Part shown: one piece after another, positions 1 through 9,358 of the stretch
Position numbering within the stretch: position 1 is the stretch's first letter
Layout: each line of letters starts with the position of its first letter
Source: a virus
DNA length: 64,000 nucleotides
Reading direction: 5' to 3' (one strand)
Virus record (IMG/VR): IMGVR_UViG_3300046454_000714
Span: 1 to 64,000 of that record
Program-made: the position numbers and the translations under genes
Notes under the pieces: generated by a model
Told to the model about the DNA's origin: nothing
Seen by the model: only the letters and a program-made list of their open reading frames with translations
Databases searched by the model: none

Positions 1-264
1 TGCGGCGCCACTCCAGTGCAGGGGTTGCGGCGGCACCGCCGGCCCGTTCGTCACCAAGGACGGCCACTGCGAGGACTGCGCCGACGCCGAGGCTGCACTG
101 CGCAGCGCGCTGGAAGACGGTGGCTGGCTCGACGCCAAGGCCGACCGCCTCATGGGCGCCTACGCCGCCGTCATCCTCGGCCGGACCGCCAGCACGCTCC
201 GCACCGTCCCCGGCTGCGAGAGCGCCGCCCGCATCGTCGACAACACGGCGCGGGGGATGCGCCG

Positions 265-1101
265 ATGACCACCACAGTTGAAGCGCCGGCCGAGGTCGAG
301 CCCGGGATGTACGACATCCCCGCCGCGCTCTACCACAGTGACCCGGTGCCCGGCGGAAGCCTCTCCTCGACCGGCGCCCGGAAGCTGGCCACCGAATGCC
401 CGGCCGCGTTCAAGCACTGGCTCGACAACCCGGAGCCGGCCAAGAAGGAGTTCGACTTCGGCACCGCCGCGCACAAGGTCGTCCTCGATGACGGGCCCGA
501 GCTGGTGCTCGTCGACAAGGAGATCTGGAACACCAACGAGGTCAAAGCGCGCGTCGCCGAGATCCGGGCCGCAGGCAACATCCCGCTCAAGCAGCGCGAC
601 CTCGACAAGGTCCACGCCATGGCCAAGGTGCTGCGCGAACACCCCGAGGCCGCCGAGCTGCTGGAGCCGGGCAGCGGCGTCGCCGAACAGTCCCTGTTCT
701 GGAACGACCACGGCATCTGGCGCCGGGCCCGCATCGACTGGCTGCGCCACGACGGAACGATCGTCGACTACAAGTCGGCGCGGTCGGCGAACCCGTCGAA
801 GCTGGCCAACCACCTCTTCGAAAACGGTTACCACCAGCAGCAGGAGTACTACCGCGACGGCGCCCTGGAACTCGGACTCACCGAGCTCGTCTGCTCGTTC
901 AAGTTCATCTTCCAGGAGAAGGAAGAGCCGTTCCTCGTCTCCGTGATTGAGCTGGACGCTGCCGCCTGCGCCATCGGCCGCCACCTCAACGAGGTCGCCC
1001 TCAACGCCTACGCCCTCTGCCGCCAGTCCGGCGAGTGGCCCGGATATCTGCAGACCCCTCTCATCTCGCCGCCCGCCTGGCTTGAGCGCCAGTACCGCTA
1101 G
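265..1101 (+). CDS. RecE/Exo VIII-like PD-(D/E)XK exonuclease (DUF3799-like)
   Basis: LSSTGARKL, FDFGTAAH, RARIDW..IVDYK, GYHQQQEYY, FIFQEKEEPF motifs; start trimmed to MTTTVE. Confidence 0.85.
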   Translation: MTTTVEAPAEVEPGMYDIPAALYHSDPVPGGSLSSTGARKLATECPAAFKHWLDNPEPAKKEFDFGTAAHKVVLDDGPELVLVDKEIWNTNEVKARVAEIRAAGNIPLKQRDLDKVHAMAKVLREHPEAAELLEPGSGVAEQSLFWNDHGIWRRARIDWLRHDGTIVDYKSARSANPSKLANHLFENGYHQQQEYYRDGALELGLTELVCSFKFIFQEKEEPFLVSVIELDAAACAIGRHLNEVALNAYALCRQSGEWPGYLQTPLISPPAWLERQYR

Positions 1102-1113
1102 GAGATCACCACC

Positions 1114-2088
1114 ATGAACCAGCCCCTCGGCCAGCCCGTCCGTACCGGACGCCAGCAGCCGCAGACCGACGAGTACGACGACGGTCCGTTCACCTTCCGG
1201 CCCGCCACCCGCGACCGCGTGAAGGCCCGCATGTCCATCCAGGGAGTCGCCGGCTGCGGCAAGACCTGGACGGCCCTCAACGTCGCCCACGGCCTCAACG
1301 GTGGTGAGCGGTTCGCTGTCATCGACACCGAGCGCGAGTCCGCCTCGCTGTACCTCGGCGTCAACGGCATCCACTTCGACTCGCTGAACATGCACCGCTA
1401 CGACCCGCGCGACCTCGTCAAGGCGCTCGCCTCCGCCGCACAGGCCGGCTTCGGAACGATCGTCGTCGACTCCCTCTCCCACTTCTGGAAGGGCACCGAC
1501 GGCACCCTCGACCAGGTCGAGAAGGCCAAGTCGAAGTACGGCGGCAACAGCTTCGCGGGGTGGAAGGACGGCACCCCGATGCAGAACGAAATGATCGACG
1601 CCCTCCTGTCGTACCCGGGGCACGTCATCGCGACGATGCGCTCCCACACCGAGTGGGTGCTTCAGGAGAACGACCGCGGGCGTAAGGAGCCCGTCGCGGT
1701 CGGGATGCGCGCCGAGCAGCGCAAGGGCGTCGAGTACGAGTTCAGCATCGTCGCCGAGATGGACATCACCAACCGGATGCGGTTCCTCAAGTCCCGCTGC
1801 CCGGTCTTCCACCAGCAGGTACTGGAGAAGCCGGACGGCATCCAGGACATCGCCAAGCCGCTCCTCGACTGGCTGAACGACGGCACCGAGACCGTCGACT
1901 CGGCCACCTACGTCGACGACGCGCAGGCACAGGACGCCACCGCCGACAGCCTCCTCGCCCTGTACCGCGAGGTCGAGAACCGCGGACTCCTCGCGACGCC
2001 GCTCATGCACCCGGACACCGCCAAGCCGACCAACCTCGGCGCCTACATCAAGGAGCGCGGCATCGCGCTCAAGAACGCCCAGCAGTAG
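1114..2088 (+). CDS. AAA ATPase, Sak4/AAA_24-like recombination protein
   Basis: Walker A GVAGCGKT, IDTE, IVVDSLSH; follows exonuclease. Confidence 0.85.
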   Translation: MNQPLGQPVRTGRQQPQTDEYDDGPFTFRPATRDRVKARMSIQGVAGCGKTWTALNVAHGLNGGERFAVIDTERESASLYLGVNGIHFDSLNMHRYDPRDLVKALASAAQAGFGTIVVDSLSHFWKGTDGTLDQVEKAKSKYGGNSFAGWKDGTPMQNEMIDALLSYPGHVIATMRSHTEWVLQENDRGRKEPVAVGMRAEQRKGVEYEFSIVAEMDITNRMRFLKSRCPVFHQQVLEKPDGIQDIAKPLLDWLNDGTETVDSATYVDDAQAQDATADSLLALYREVENRGLLATPLMHPDTAKPTNLGAYIKERGIALKNAQQ

Positions 2089-2158
2089 CCCGCACATACC
2101 GGAGGCCGGCCCGCGGGCATTGCGGGCCGGCCCCTCGATCCGACAAGGAAACCACGTC

Positions 2159-2449
2159 ATGACCAACCTCTGGCGCCGCGTCCTCGCGGGCCTCACCCAC
2201 ACCGGCCCCGGCTACGACCCCATCCACGACGAGGCCGTCGAGATGCAGACCGCGCTCGGCCTGCTCTCCGACCGCTATCTGCAAATCGCCGACCAGGCCA
2301 GCAGCGAGGCCGCCCGGGCGCGGGCCGTGCAGATCCGGCAGGCCGGCAACGACATCCGGCACACCCTCATCCACGGCCGCATCCCCAGCTACCTGATGGC
2401 CGACGCCGAGCTGGAGCAGTACGGCGCACCCGAGGAGGCGACCCGATGA
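2159..2449 (+). CDS. hypothetical phage protein
   Basis: AAGGA RBS, high GC3, stop overlaps next start. Confidence 0.7.
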   Translation: MTNLWRRVLAGLTHTGPGYDPIHDEAVEMQTALGLLSDRYLQIADQASSEAARARAVQIRQAGNDIRHTLIHGRIPSYLMADAELEQYGAPEEATR

Positions 2450-2841
2450 AGGCGCTCACCGTCAGGCAGCCCTGGAGCGGTGCGATCGCCCATCAGAACA
2501 AGAGGGTCGAGAACCGCACCTGGCCGCTCCCGTCGAAGTACTGGGGCGCCCGCATCCTCATCCACGCCGGAGCCCAGCGGGACCGGTTCGCGGTCGTCTA
2601 CGGAGACCACCTCGACGTGTACTCGGCGATCGTCGCGGTCGCCACCGTGACCGGCTGCCACTACTCGGAGGACGGCCGCTGCTGCGGGCCGTGGGGCGAG
2701 GAGAACGTCTACCACTGGGAGCTGGCCGACGTCACCGCACTGCCCGAGCCGGTCCCGGCCAAGGGGGCGCTCGGGTTCTGGACGCCCGACGAGGAGACCG
2801 TCAACGCCGCACTCCGGCAGGAGACGGGGGTGGCGTGGTGA
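2446..2841 (+). CDS. ASCH domain protein
   Basis: MKALTVRQPW..I....KRVENRTW, ILIHAG, PVPAKGALGFW. Confidence 0.85.
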   Translation: MKALTVRQPWSGAIAHQNKRVENRTWPLPSKYWGARILIHAGAQRDRFAVVYGDHLDVYSAIVAVATVTGCHYSEDGRCCGPWGEENVYHWELADVTALPEPVPAKGALGFWTPDEETVNAALRQETGVAW

Positions 2842-3596
2842 AGCGCTGGTACGTGGGCCAGCCCACGAAACGCGGCGGCGTTCACCCGCCCCGCACCTCC
2901 GTCAACCGGATCGGCGGGCCCTCCTCCGCGATGCGCCGTCAAGGCCAGCGCATCGACGACAAGCAGATCCTCGCCGGTTACGTCCAGCTCAAGCCGGGCG
3001 TCCTCGTCGTCTGGGAGCGCCAGCCCTGGCGCATCCTCTCCGTCGACGAACGGCCCGACGACCTGTGGGGTGACGGGCACGAGGAGCGTTTCGCCAACGA
3101 GGTCGCCACCTGGGAGCGCTGGCGGCGCGGCGACAAGCCGGAACGCGCCACCTGGCGCGAGCGGCCCTTCGTCATCCAGCTCGTACCCGTCGCCGACCCG
3201 AAAGCCACGCCGCGCCACCTCATCGCGCCCGGCGGCCACTCCTGGGACGTGCTGCCCGAGCACTACTCGGTGTGCGTCGCCTGCGGGGAACTCCCGCCCT
3301 GCGCACACGAGGAAGCCGACCGGGAAGCCGACCGGATTGCGGCCCGAAACGACGCACTGATGGACATCCCAGCTGGTCACTGCCTCGGCTGCGGCGAATA
3401 CATCACCGCCCGCCAGAACGCGGCCCGCTTCCCCGGCCCCAACCTGTGGCGCCCCGACCTCCCCGAAAACTCCGCGGTGTTCCACGCCCGACAGGAGTGC
3501 TCCGGCGAAGTCGACCGGTACCGGCGTCAGTGGGAAGCCCGCGGCAACACCGACACCCAGCCCGCGCTGTTCGCCGACGAGGAGAACGCCTCATGA
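2838..3596 (+). CDS. hypothetical protein with Cys/His clusters
   Basis: GTG overlapping upstream stop; CVACGELPPC and CLGCG motifs. Confidence 0.7.
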   Translation: MKRWYVGQPTKRGGVHPPRTSVNRIGGPSSAMRRQGQRIDDKQILAGYVQLKPGVLVVWERQPWRILSVDERPDDLWGDGHEERFANEVATWERWRRGDKPERATWRERPFVIQLVPVADPKATPRHLIAPGGHSWDVLPEHYSVCVACGELPPCAHEEADREADRIAARNDALMDIPAGHCLGCGEYITARQNAARFPGPNLWRPDLPENSAVFHARQECSGEVDRYRRQWEARGNTDTQPALFADEENAS

Positions 3597-3931
3597 CGCA
3601 CATCCAACCCGCCTTCGACGGCCCGCACCTCGCCGCCTCAGCCCCGCCCGCCACCCGCCGCGTCATGGACGACTACGAGGCGTGGGAGTCGATCGTCCGC
3701 CCGCACTACGTGGCCGCCGCCAAAACCGGCGACTCCTTCCTCTTCTGGAAGATCGCCCAAGCCAACGACCTCCCCGAGCCGCCCAACCAGCGCCTCGACT
3801 GGGCACGCCTCGCATCCGCGCTCCACCGCGACCACATCACCCGGCCCGACGGCTTCGGCCTCGCCCGCGATAAGAGCGCCTGCCGTCGCTGGCGGGGGAC
3901 CGTCGAAGCCATGCAGGGGAGGGCGGCATGA
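3593..3931 (+). CDS. hypothetical phage protein
   Basis: ATGA coupling at both ends, GGAG RBS. Confidence 0.7.
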   Translation: MTHIQPAFDGPHLAASAPPATRRVMDDYEAWESIVRPHYVAAAKTGDSFLFWKIAQANDLPEPPNQRLDWARLASALHRDHITRPDGFGLARDKSACRRWRGTVEAMQGRAA

Positions 3932-5451
3932 ACGCCTTCTACGAGGACGATGCCGTCCAGCTGCACCTCGGTGACTGCCTCGACATCCTGCCGACCCTCG
4001 CCGACGCATCCGTCGACGCCGTGGTGACTGACGCGCCCTACGAGATTTCGATGATGAACCGCGCCTGGGACTCGACGGGCATCGCCTACAACGTCGACGT
4101 CTGGCGCCACTGCTGGCGCGTACTGAAGCCCGGCGGCCACCTGCTCGCCTTCGGCGGCACCCGCACCTACCACCGCATGACCGTCGCCATCGAAGACGCC
4201 GGATTCGAGATCCGCGACAGCCTCCACTGGATCTACGGAAGCGGCTTCCCCAAGGGGCAGGACATCGCCAAGTCCATCGACCGGCGCCGCGACGACCGAC
4301 AGCAGGTGCTGCAGGTCACGGCATGGCTGGCTGAGGTCATAGCCGCCACTGGATGGACGACCCGCCAGATGAACGAACTGTTCGGCTTTCAGAGCCAAGC
4401 AGGCCACTGGGTGACACAGGGCGTTGCTGCCGCAGTCCCCACGCCAGAGCAGTGGGTTCGGCTCCGTACCGAGATCGGCTTCGACGACGCCGAGATCCTT
4501 CCCCTGGTCGAGGCGCTGACGGGACGCAAGGGCGAGTTGGGCGAGGCATGGGCCCAGCGCGAGGTGATCGGACGGCGACACGCGGCCGAGCGCAAGAGCG
4601 ATCACCTGTACGGCGACTACAGCGGCGACGACCGGATCACCGCCCCCGCGACCGACGCCGCCCGGAAGTGGCAGGGCTGGAACACAGCGCTGAAACCGGC
4701 GCACGAGCCGATCGTCCTCGCCCGTAAGACAACCGGCTTCAACACGACCGCCGCCAACGTCCTGGAGCACGGCACGGGCGCCCTCCACGTCGACGTCTGC
4801 CGGACCATGGCCGGGCAGGACTACCGCGAGAAGTGCGCGTCCGTCGTCGGCATCGACAGCCCCCGCAACGGCGACACCCTCGGCGAGTGGACCGGGGCCC
4901 GCGAGGACTCCGCACATGCGGCCGGACGGTGGCCGACAAACGTGCTCCTCGGTCACGGGTCCGACTGCGTCGACGGCGGAGACTGTCAGCCCGGATGCCC
5001 CGTCGCGGAGATGGACGCACAGAGCGGCGTCAGCACGAGCCCGACCGGCTCCGTGAAGGGGCAGCGGCGCAGTGGCGGAATCATGGGACAGGCGGCCGGA
5101 AGCAAGATCAGCAACAGTGGCCACGGCGACACTGGAGGCGCATCCCGGTATTTCCCGATCTTCCGGTATGAGGCGAAAGCCCCGAAGGTCGAACGCCCCC
5201 GCCTCGCCGACGGCACCGCGCACACCACGGTCAAGCCGCTCACCCTCATGCGCTGGCTGGTCCGCCTCGTCACCCCGCCCGGCGGAACTGTCCTCGACCC
5301 GTTCGCGGGCTCCGGCACCACGTTGGAGGCCTGCCGACTGGAGAGCTTCCAATCCATCGGCATCGAGAAGGACCCGGCGCACGCCGAACTGTGCAAGATC
5401 CGCCTCGCCAAGCCGTACATGACGGACCTCTTCAGCGGGGGTGCGGCGTGA
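3928..5451 (+). CDS. DNA amino-methyltransferase (m6A/m4C, beta class) with HTH-like insertion
   Basis: GDCLDIL, motif IV variant DAPY, LKPAHEPI, HTTVKP, motif I DPFAGSGTT. Confidence 0.9.
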   Translation: MNAFYEDDAVQLHLGDCLDILPTLADASVDAVVTDAPYEISMMNRAWDSTGIAYNVDVWRHCWRVLKPGGHLLAFGGTRTYHRMTVAIEDAGFEIRDSLHWIYGSGFPKGQDIAKSIDRRRDDRQQVLQVTAWLAEVIAATGWTTRQMNELFGFQSQAGHWVTQGVAAAVPTPEQWVRLRTEIGFDDAEILPLVEALTGRKGELGEAWAQREVIGRRHAAERKSDHLYGDYSGDDRITAPATDAARKWQGWNTALKPAHEPIVLARKTTGFNTTAANVLEHGTGALHVDVCRTMAGQDYREKCASVVGIDSPRNGDTLGEWTGAREDSAHAAGRWPTNVLLGHGSDCVDGGDCQPGCPVAEMDAQSGVSTSPTGSVKGQRRSGGIMGQAAGSKISNSGHGDTGGASRYFPIFRYEAKAPKVERPRLADGTAHTTVKPLTLMRWLVRLVTPPGGTVLDPFAGSGTTLEACRLESFQSIGIEKDPAHAELCKIRLAKPYMTDLFSGGAA

Positions 5452-5582
5452 TGCACACGGTCTTCTCGAACCTGTGGTGGGTGTGGCCCGCCCTGATCTT
5501 CGCCGGTGCGCTCGGCGTCATCGTCGGCGCTGTGCTCAACCGGCGCGCCACCACCCGCCACAACCGCGGGAGGCGGACGTGA
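5451..5582 (+). CDS. small membrane protein
   Basis: Single hydrophobic helix, coupled to neighbours. Confidence 0.55.
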   Translation: MHTVFSNLWWVWPALIFAGALGVIVGAVLNRRATTRHNRGRRT

Positions 5583-5734
5583 ACCCCGAACGCGCCACCG
5601 GCCTCAACGCGCCCGCCAACTGGTACATCAACCAGCTCGCCACCTACGGCTGGCCCGTCCTCGCCATCACCGCCATCGTGCTCATCGCCGCCTGGTGCGG
5701 CCTCGTCGCCTACCTCAACCGGGGGCGGTCATGA
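5579..5734 (+). CDS. small membrane protein
   Basis: GGAGG RBS, GTG start, one TM helix. Confidence 0.6.
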   Translation: MNPERATGLNAPANWYINQLATYGWPVLAITAIVLIAAWCGLVAYLNRGRS

Positions 5735-6039
5735 ACCCCGACCTGTACGCGGCGTGGTTGACCGCCGGCAGCAACCTGCAGCCCGTCGGGGCGTGGCTCG
5801 GCCGGAACTGGATCTGGCTCGGCGCCGCAGTGGTGGCCGCCGGATTCGCCTGGTGGGCGCTGCGGCGGGAACTCCGGGGCGCCGGCGACCAGGTCGCCGC
5901 CATCCTCGCCGACCAGCCCCAGCCCCAGCCCGGCACTGACGCGGGGCTGTACCTCGACTGCGTCGCCATCTACGACGACTGCGACGAACTCGACCGCCTC
6001 CGCGACCTCATCGACCAGCACCGGAAGGAGAAGCCGTGA
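5731..6039 (+). CDS. membrane protein
   Basis: Coupled ATGA start, one TM helix. Confidence 0.65.
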   Translation: MNPDLYAAWLTAGSNLQPVGAWLGRNWIWLGAAVVAAGFAWWALRRELRGAGDQVAAILADQPQPQPGTDAGLYLDCVAIYDDCDELDRLRDLIDQHRKEKP

Positions 6040-6914
6040 CCACCGCCACCGATACCATCCCCGCACACGGCACCGACGCCCGCTACAAGGGCAACCGCAC
6101 CGGCACCCGGCCGCCCTGCCGGTGCAAGCTGTGCCAGCGCGGCCACCGGCGCGCCGACCTGGAACGGGAACTCCGCCGCCAACGCGGCGAACGCAGCCTC
6201 GTTCCCGTCGCCGAAGTCCTGCCGCACATCCTGATGCTGCGAGCGACCGGCATGAGCCAAACCATGATCGCCCGAGAGGCCGGCGTCGCCCAGTCCGCCA
6301 TCTCCTACGTCACCACCGGCCGCAACAAAACCTGCCAGGCGGACGTGGCCCGCCGGATCCTCACCGTCCGGCCGCACCGCTTCGACGGCAACGCCGAACG
6401 CCCCGCCATCGGATCCATCCGACGCGTCCGCGCCCTCTACAGCCTCGGCCACGGGCGCGCCGACATCTCCACACGCAGCGGCCTCAGCATCGCCAGCATC
6501 AGCCTCCTCGCCGAAGCCCGCTGGAACGTCATCGACAACAAGGCGGCCACCGCCCTCGCCGAGACCTACCGGCAACTCGTCCACCAGCGCGGCACCAACT
6601 GGAAGAACGAACGACGGGCCGCCCGCGAAGGCTGGGCGCCACCCGGCGCCTGGGACGACATCGACAACCCCGACTGTGAGCCAGACGCACCAGCCGTCCA
6701 GCTCAACTTCCACGAGCGCGCCCAGCTCCGCCGCGAAGAGATCATCCACTTCGCCTGGCACGGCGACACCCCCGAACAGATCCTCACCCGGCTCGACCAC
6801 GAGGTGTCTATCTCCACCGTCCGCCAGATCGTCCAGGAATGGCGCAGCGGCGAGAAGCGCGTGCGGCCCCAGCAGGAGAAGACGGCCAAGGCCGGGCTGG
6901 GGGCTGCGGCGTGA
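6036..6914 (+). CDS. HTH DNA-binding protein with N-terminal Zn-binding motif
   Basis: HGT..RY...CRCKLC; GMSQTMIAREAGVAQSAIS HTH; GWAPPGAWDDID. Confidence 0.8.
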   Translation: MTTATDTIPAHGTDARYKGNRTGTRPPCRCKLCQRGHRRADLERELRRQRGERSLVPVAEVLPHILMLRATGMSQTMIAREAGVAQSAISYVTTGRNKTCQADVARRILTVRPHRFDGNAERPAIGSIRRVRALYSLGHGRADISTRSGLSIASISLLAEARWNVIDNKAATALAETYRQLVHQRGTNWKNERRAAREGWAPPGAWDDIDNPDCEPDAPAVQLNFHERAQLRREEIIHFAWHGDTPEQILTRLDHEVSISTVRQIVQEWRSGEKRVRPQQEKTAKAGLGAAA

Positions 6915-8458
6915 CGCTCCGCATCGGCTCCCTGTTCACCGGCACCGGCGCCCTCGACCTGGCCGTCATGGACGCCTACGACGCCGACGTCCTCTGGCAC
7001 TCGCAATACGAGCCGCCGGACAAGAAGGGCAAGGAAGACGCCAACCAGTACGCCGCCCGCATCCTCGCCCGCCACTGGCCGACCATCCCCAACCTCGGCG
7101 ACATCACCAAAGTCGACTGGCCGGCCGTCCTCGACGAGCACGGGCCCATCGACATCCTCACCGGCGGCTTTCCCTGCCAAGACGTCTCATCCGCCGGCAA
7201 GCGCGTCGGCCTCGTACCTGATTCCCGCTCCGGACTGTGGAACCACATGGCCCGCGCCATCGCAGTCCTCCAACCACGATTGGTGATCATCGAAAATGTC
7301 GAAGGGCTCCTCTCAGCACCGGCTGCCAGCGACATGGAACCCTGCCCGAACTGTGTGGGAGACCGACACCCTGGGCCTCTACTGCGGGCATGCGGAGCCG
7401 TACTTGGAGACCTGGCCGGCCTCGGGTTCCATGCGGAATGGGCGCGCGTCGCAGCGTCGGAGGTCGGCGCTCCCCACCAGCGCAAACGGGTCTTCGTCTA
7501 CGCCTGGCCCGCTGATGTCGACCCCAGTGGCCTCGGACGGTGGGACCGATCGGGGCTCCTCGGCGGGTTGGGGACTTCGGGACGAGGCGCGGAAGCTGAT
7601 GCCCACCCCGCGGACCTCGGACACGAACGGGATCGGGACGCACGGCGCCGGGGGCATGGACCTGCGGACCGCAGTGTCGATGCTTCCGACGCCCAGAGCG
7701 CGGGATGGGAAGGGTGCGGGCTACGAGGACGATCTGCCGTCAACAGTGAACCGGCTGCTCCCGACGCCCACGGCGTCGAATCCCAACGACGGGGAGTCAT
7801 TGGAGTCCTGGGAGGCCAGGCGGCAGCGGAACCTGGCGAAGGGGATCAACGGGAACGGGCAGGGCACACCGCTCGCGATAGCGGTACGGCAACTGCCGAA
7901 CCCGACTGCCCCACCTGCGGGTGCCCCGAGTCCATCCACGACGCCGGAGGATTCTGCGCTGGCTGCCACGGCTGCACCGATCCCGAACTCGGACGGCCCG
8001 ATGAAGTTGCTGCCAACCCCGGCCGCATCGTTCCCCGGCACGACGGCGAACTTCCGGCCGGACGGGACGCCGTACAGCGAGGGCTACGGGATGACGCTCC
8101 TCGATGCGGTGCGGCTTCTTCCGACGCCCAGGGCGTCGGACAGCGAGAGGACGTCCTCAACCTACGGCCGGGGCAACCCGACCTTGACTGGGGCGATTAC
8201 GGACCCGCCATCCGCCGATGGGAAACAGTCCTCGGACGACGAGCCCCCTGGCCAACCGACGCTCTGGGGCGACTGAGCCCCGTCTTCACCGAATGGCTCA
8301 TGGGCCTCCCTGACGGCTGGGTCACCGACACCCCCGGACTCACCCGCGCCGCCATGCTCCGCGCCCTCGGCAACGGGGTCGTCCGTAGGCAAGCCGTCGC
8401 CGCCATCCGGCTCCTGCACGAGCGGGCCGTCAGTGACGACCAACGGGCCGCCGCATGA
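6911..8458 (+). CDS. DNA cytosine-C5 methyltransferase
   Basis: Motif I SLFTGTG, IV GGFPCQD, VI ENV, VIII PHQRKRVF, C-terminal EWLMGLP and LGNGVV. Confidence 0.92.
   Translation: MTLRIGSLFTGTGALDLAVMDAYDADVLWHSQYEPPDKKGKEDANQYAARILARHWPTIPNLGDITKVDWPAVLDEHGPIDILTGGFPCQDVSSAGKRVGLVPDSRSGLWNHMARAIAVLQPRLVIIENVEGLLSAPAASDMEPCPNCVGDRHPGPLLRACGAVLGDLAGLGFHAEWARVAASEVGAPHQRKRVFVYAWPADVDPSGLGRWDRSGLLGGLGTSGRGAEADAHPADLGHERDRDARRRGHGPADRSVDASDAQSAGWEGCGLRGRSAVNSEPAAPDAHGVESQRRGVIGVLGGQAAAEPGEGDQRERAGHTARDSGTATAEPDCPTCGCPESIHDAGGFCAGCHGCTDPELGRPDEVAANPGRIVPRHDGELPAGRDAVQRGLRDDAPRCGAASSDAQGVGQREDVLNLRPGQPDLDWGDYGPAIRRWETVLGRRAPWPTDALGRLSPVFTEWLMGLPDGWVTDTPGLTRAAMLRALGNGVVRRQAVAAIRLLHERAVSDDQRAAA
7296..8276 (+). 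CDS. nested +1-frame ORF inside the C5-MTase gene (candidate second subunit, LPTP-repeat protein)
   Basis: ATG inside the ENV codons (GAA AAT GTC), GGTGA upstream, high GC3 in this frame over about 7510-7890, seven LPTP-type repeats. Confidence 0.65.
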   Translation: MSKGSSQHRLPATWNPARTVWETDTLGLYCGHAEPYLETWPASGSMRNGRASQRRRSALPTSANGSSSTPGPLMSTPVASDGGTDRGSSAGWGLRDEARKLMPTPRTSDTNGIGTHGAGGMDLRTAVSMLPTPRARDGKGAGYEDDLPSTVNRLLPTPTASNPNDGESLESWEARRQRNLAKGINGNGQGTPLAIAVRQLPNPTAPPAGAPSPSTTPEDSALAATAAPIPNSDGPMKLLPTPAASFPGTTANFRPDGTPYSEGYGMTLLDAVRLLPTPRASDSERTSSTYGRGNPTLTGAITDPPSADGKQSSDDEPPGQPTLWGD

Positions 8459-8540
8459 CCGCCCACCCCCGTCCGCGTGCCGGGCCCTGACACCCATCCC
8501 GCACATCGGCCGGACATGCACCCCAAGGCAGGACATAGCG

Positions 8541-8562
8541 AAGCCCCGCCGTGGCGGGGCTG
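8541..8562. terminator. hairpin between convergent genes
   Basis: AGCCCCGCC-GT-GGCGGGGCT inverted repeat. Confidence 0.5.
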
Positions 8563-8580
8563 GGAGGAGACGAGGTGACG

Positions 8581-9060
8581 TCAGTCGGACTTGACCACGA
8601 GCTCGCGCGTCTCGCCAAGGGCGGCCAGGGCGCGCTCGTAGAAGTCCAGCGACACGATCATGGCGTAGCGCTGCCCGTGGTTGAGCAGAGCAGTCGGCTG
8701 ATCGCGGTGCGCAACAGTGCAGACCACGCTGGTCAGCTTGGGGCGCGCGAGGGACAGCGAAATCTCCCTGACGCCATCCTCTGTCACGACATCTCGGATG
8801 TTCCGTCGGTCCACGCGCGGCGAGTAGATGCGGTTGAACTCGGGGTCTTCCGCACGCACGGCCTCTTCCTCGGTTTTGGCCGCGGTCGGCCGATCGTCGA
8901 ACCACTCCACCTCGCGGCGGGCAACCCGCGGCCACCACTCCTTCAGTTTGGAGTGCTGCTCGAAGCGCACCTCGGGCTGATGGCTGATGCCTATGTACAG
9001 CAAAACGCCGCCCTCGTCGAAGAGTCGGTACAGGGCGGTGCGGTGGTCATCGAGCCACAT
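8581..9060 (-). CDS. GIY-YIG-like domain fused to Phd/YefM-like antitoxin domain
   Basis: ALYRLFD..LLYIGIS...RF.QH N-terminus; EISLSLARPKLTSVV...TALLNHGQRYAMIVSLDFYE C-terminus. Confidence 0.7.
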   Translation of the reverse strand: MWLDDHRTALYRLFDEGGVLLYIGISHQPEVRFEQHSKLKEWWPRVARREVEWFDDRPTAAKTEEEAVRAEDPEFNRIYSPRVDRRNIRDVVTEDGVREISLSLARPKLTSVVCTVAHRDQPTALLNHGQRYAMIVSLDFYERALAALGETRELVVKSD

Positions 9061-9075
9061 GGGCGGTCTCCTCGG

Positions 9076-9339
9076 TCAGGCCGGGGATTCGGCTCCCGGC
9101 TCGGCTTTCTTCCTGCTGGTGACGGTCGGCTCGCGCAGCGGCGCAAGGTCGTACTTGCGGGCAATGCGGCGGATCGTTTCGTAGCTGTAGTCCGTGGCTT
9201 TCGCCACGGCGGCCGGCTTCATGCCGCCACGAAGGGCGTCCACTACGGCCGCCTCGAAGTCCTTCGCGGCGGTCTGCTCGGTCGTTCGCTTCGCGGTGGC
9301 TGCCTGCTTCAGGCGGGTCACGACTTCCTCCTCGGTCAT
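9076..9339 (-). CDS. small HTH regulator
   Basis: GMKPAAVAKATDYSYETIRRIAR; divergent from rep. Confidence 0.75.
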   Translation of the reverse strand: MTEEEVVTRLKQAATAKRTTEQTAAKDFEAAVVDALRGGMKPAAVAKATDYSYETIRRIARKYDLAPLREPTVTSRKKAEPGAESPA

Positions 9340-9358
9340 GGCGGCATGGTCCCACGGC

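Noticed and set aside
16-264. N-terminal extension of the exonuclease ORF
   Set aside because: Arg-rich off-frame reading of an upstream gene; the likely start is 265
160-2202. 680-aa reverse-strand ORF and similar long antisense ORFs (3706-5382, 33228-35255, 52908-54803, 57805-59190)
   Set aside because: In-register shadows of real high-GC genes, with no motifs or RBS and GC3 bias on the other strand, unlike the intein antisense ORF
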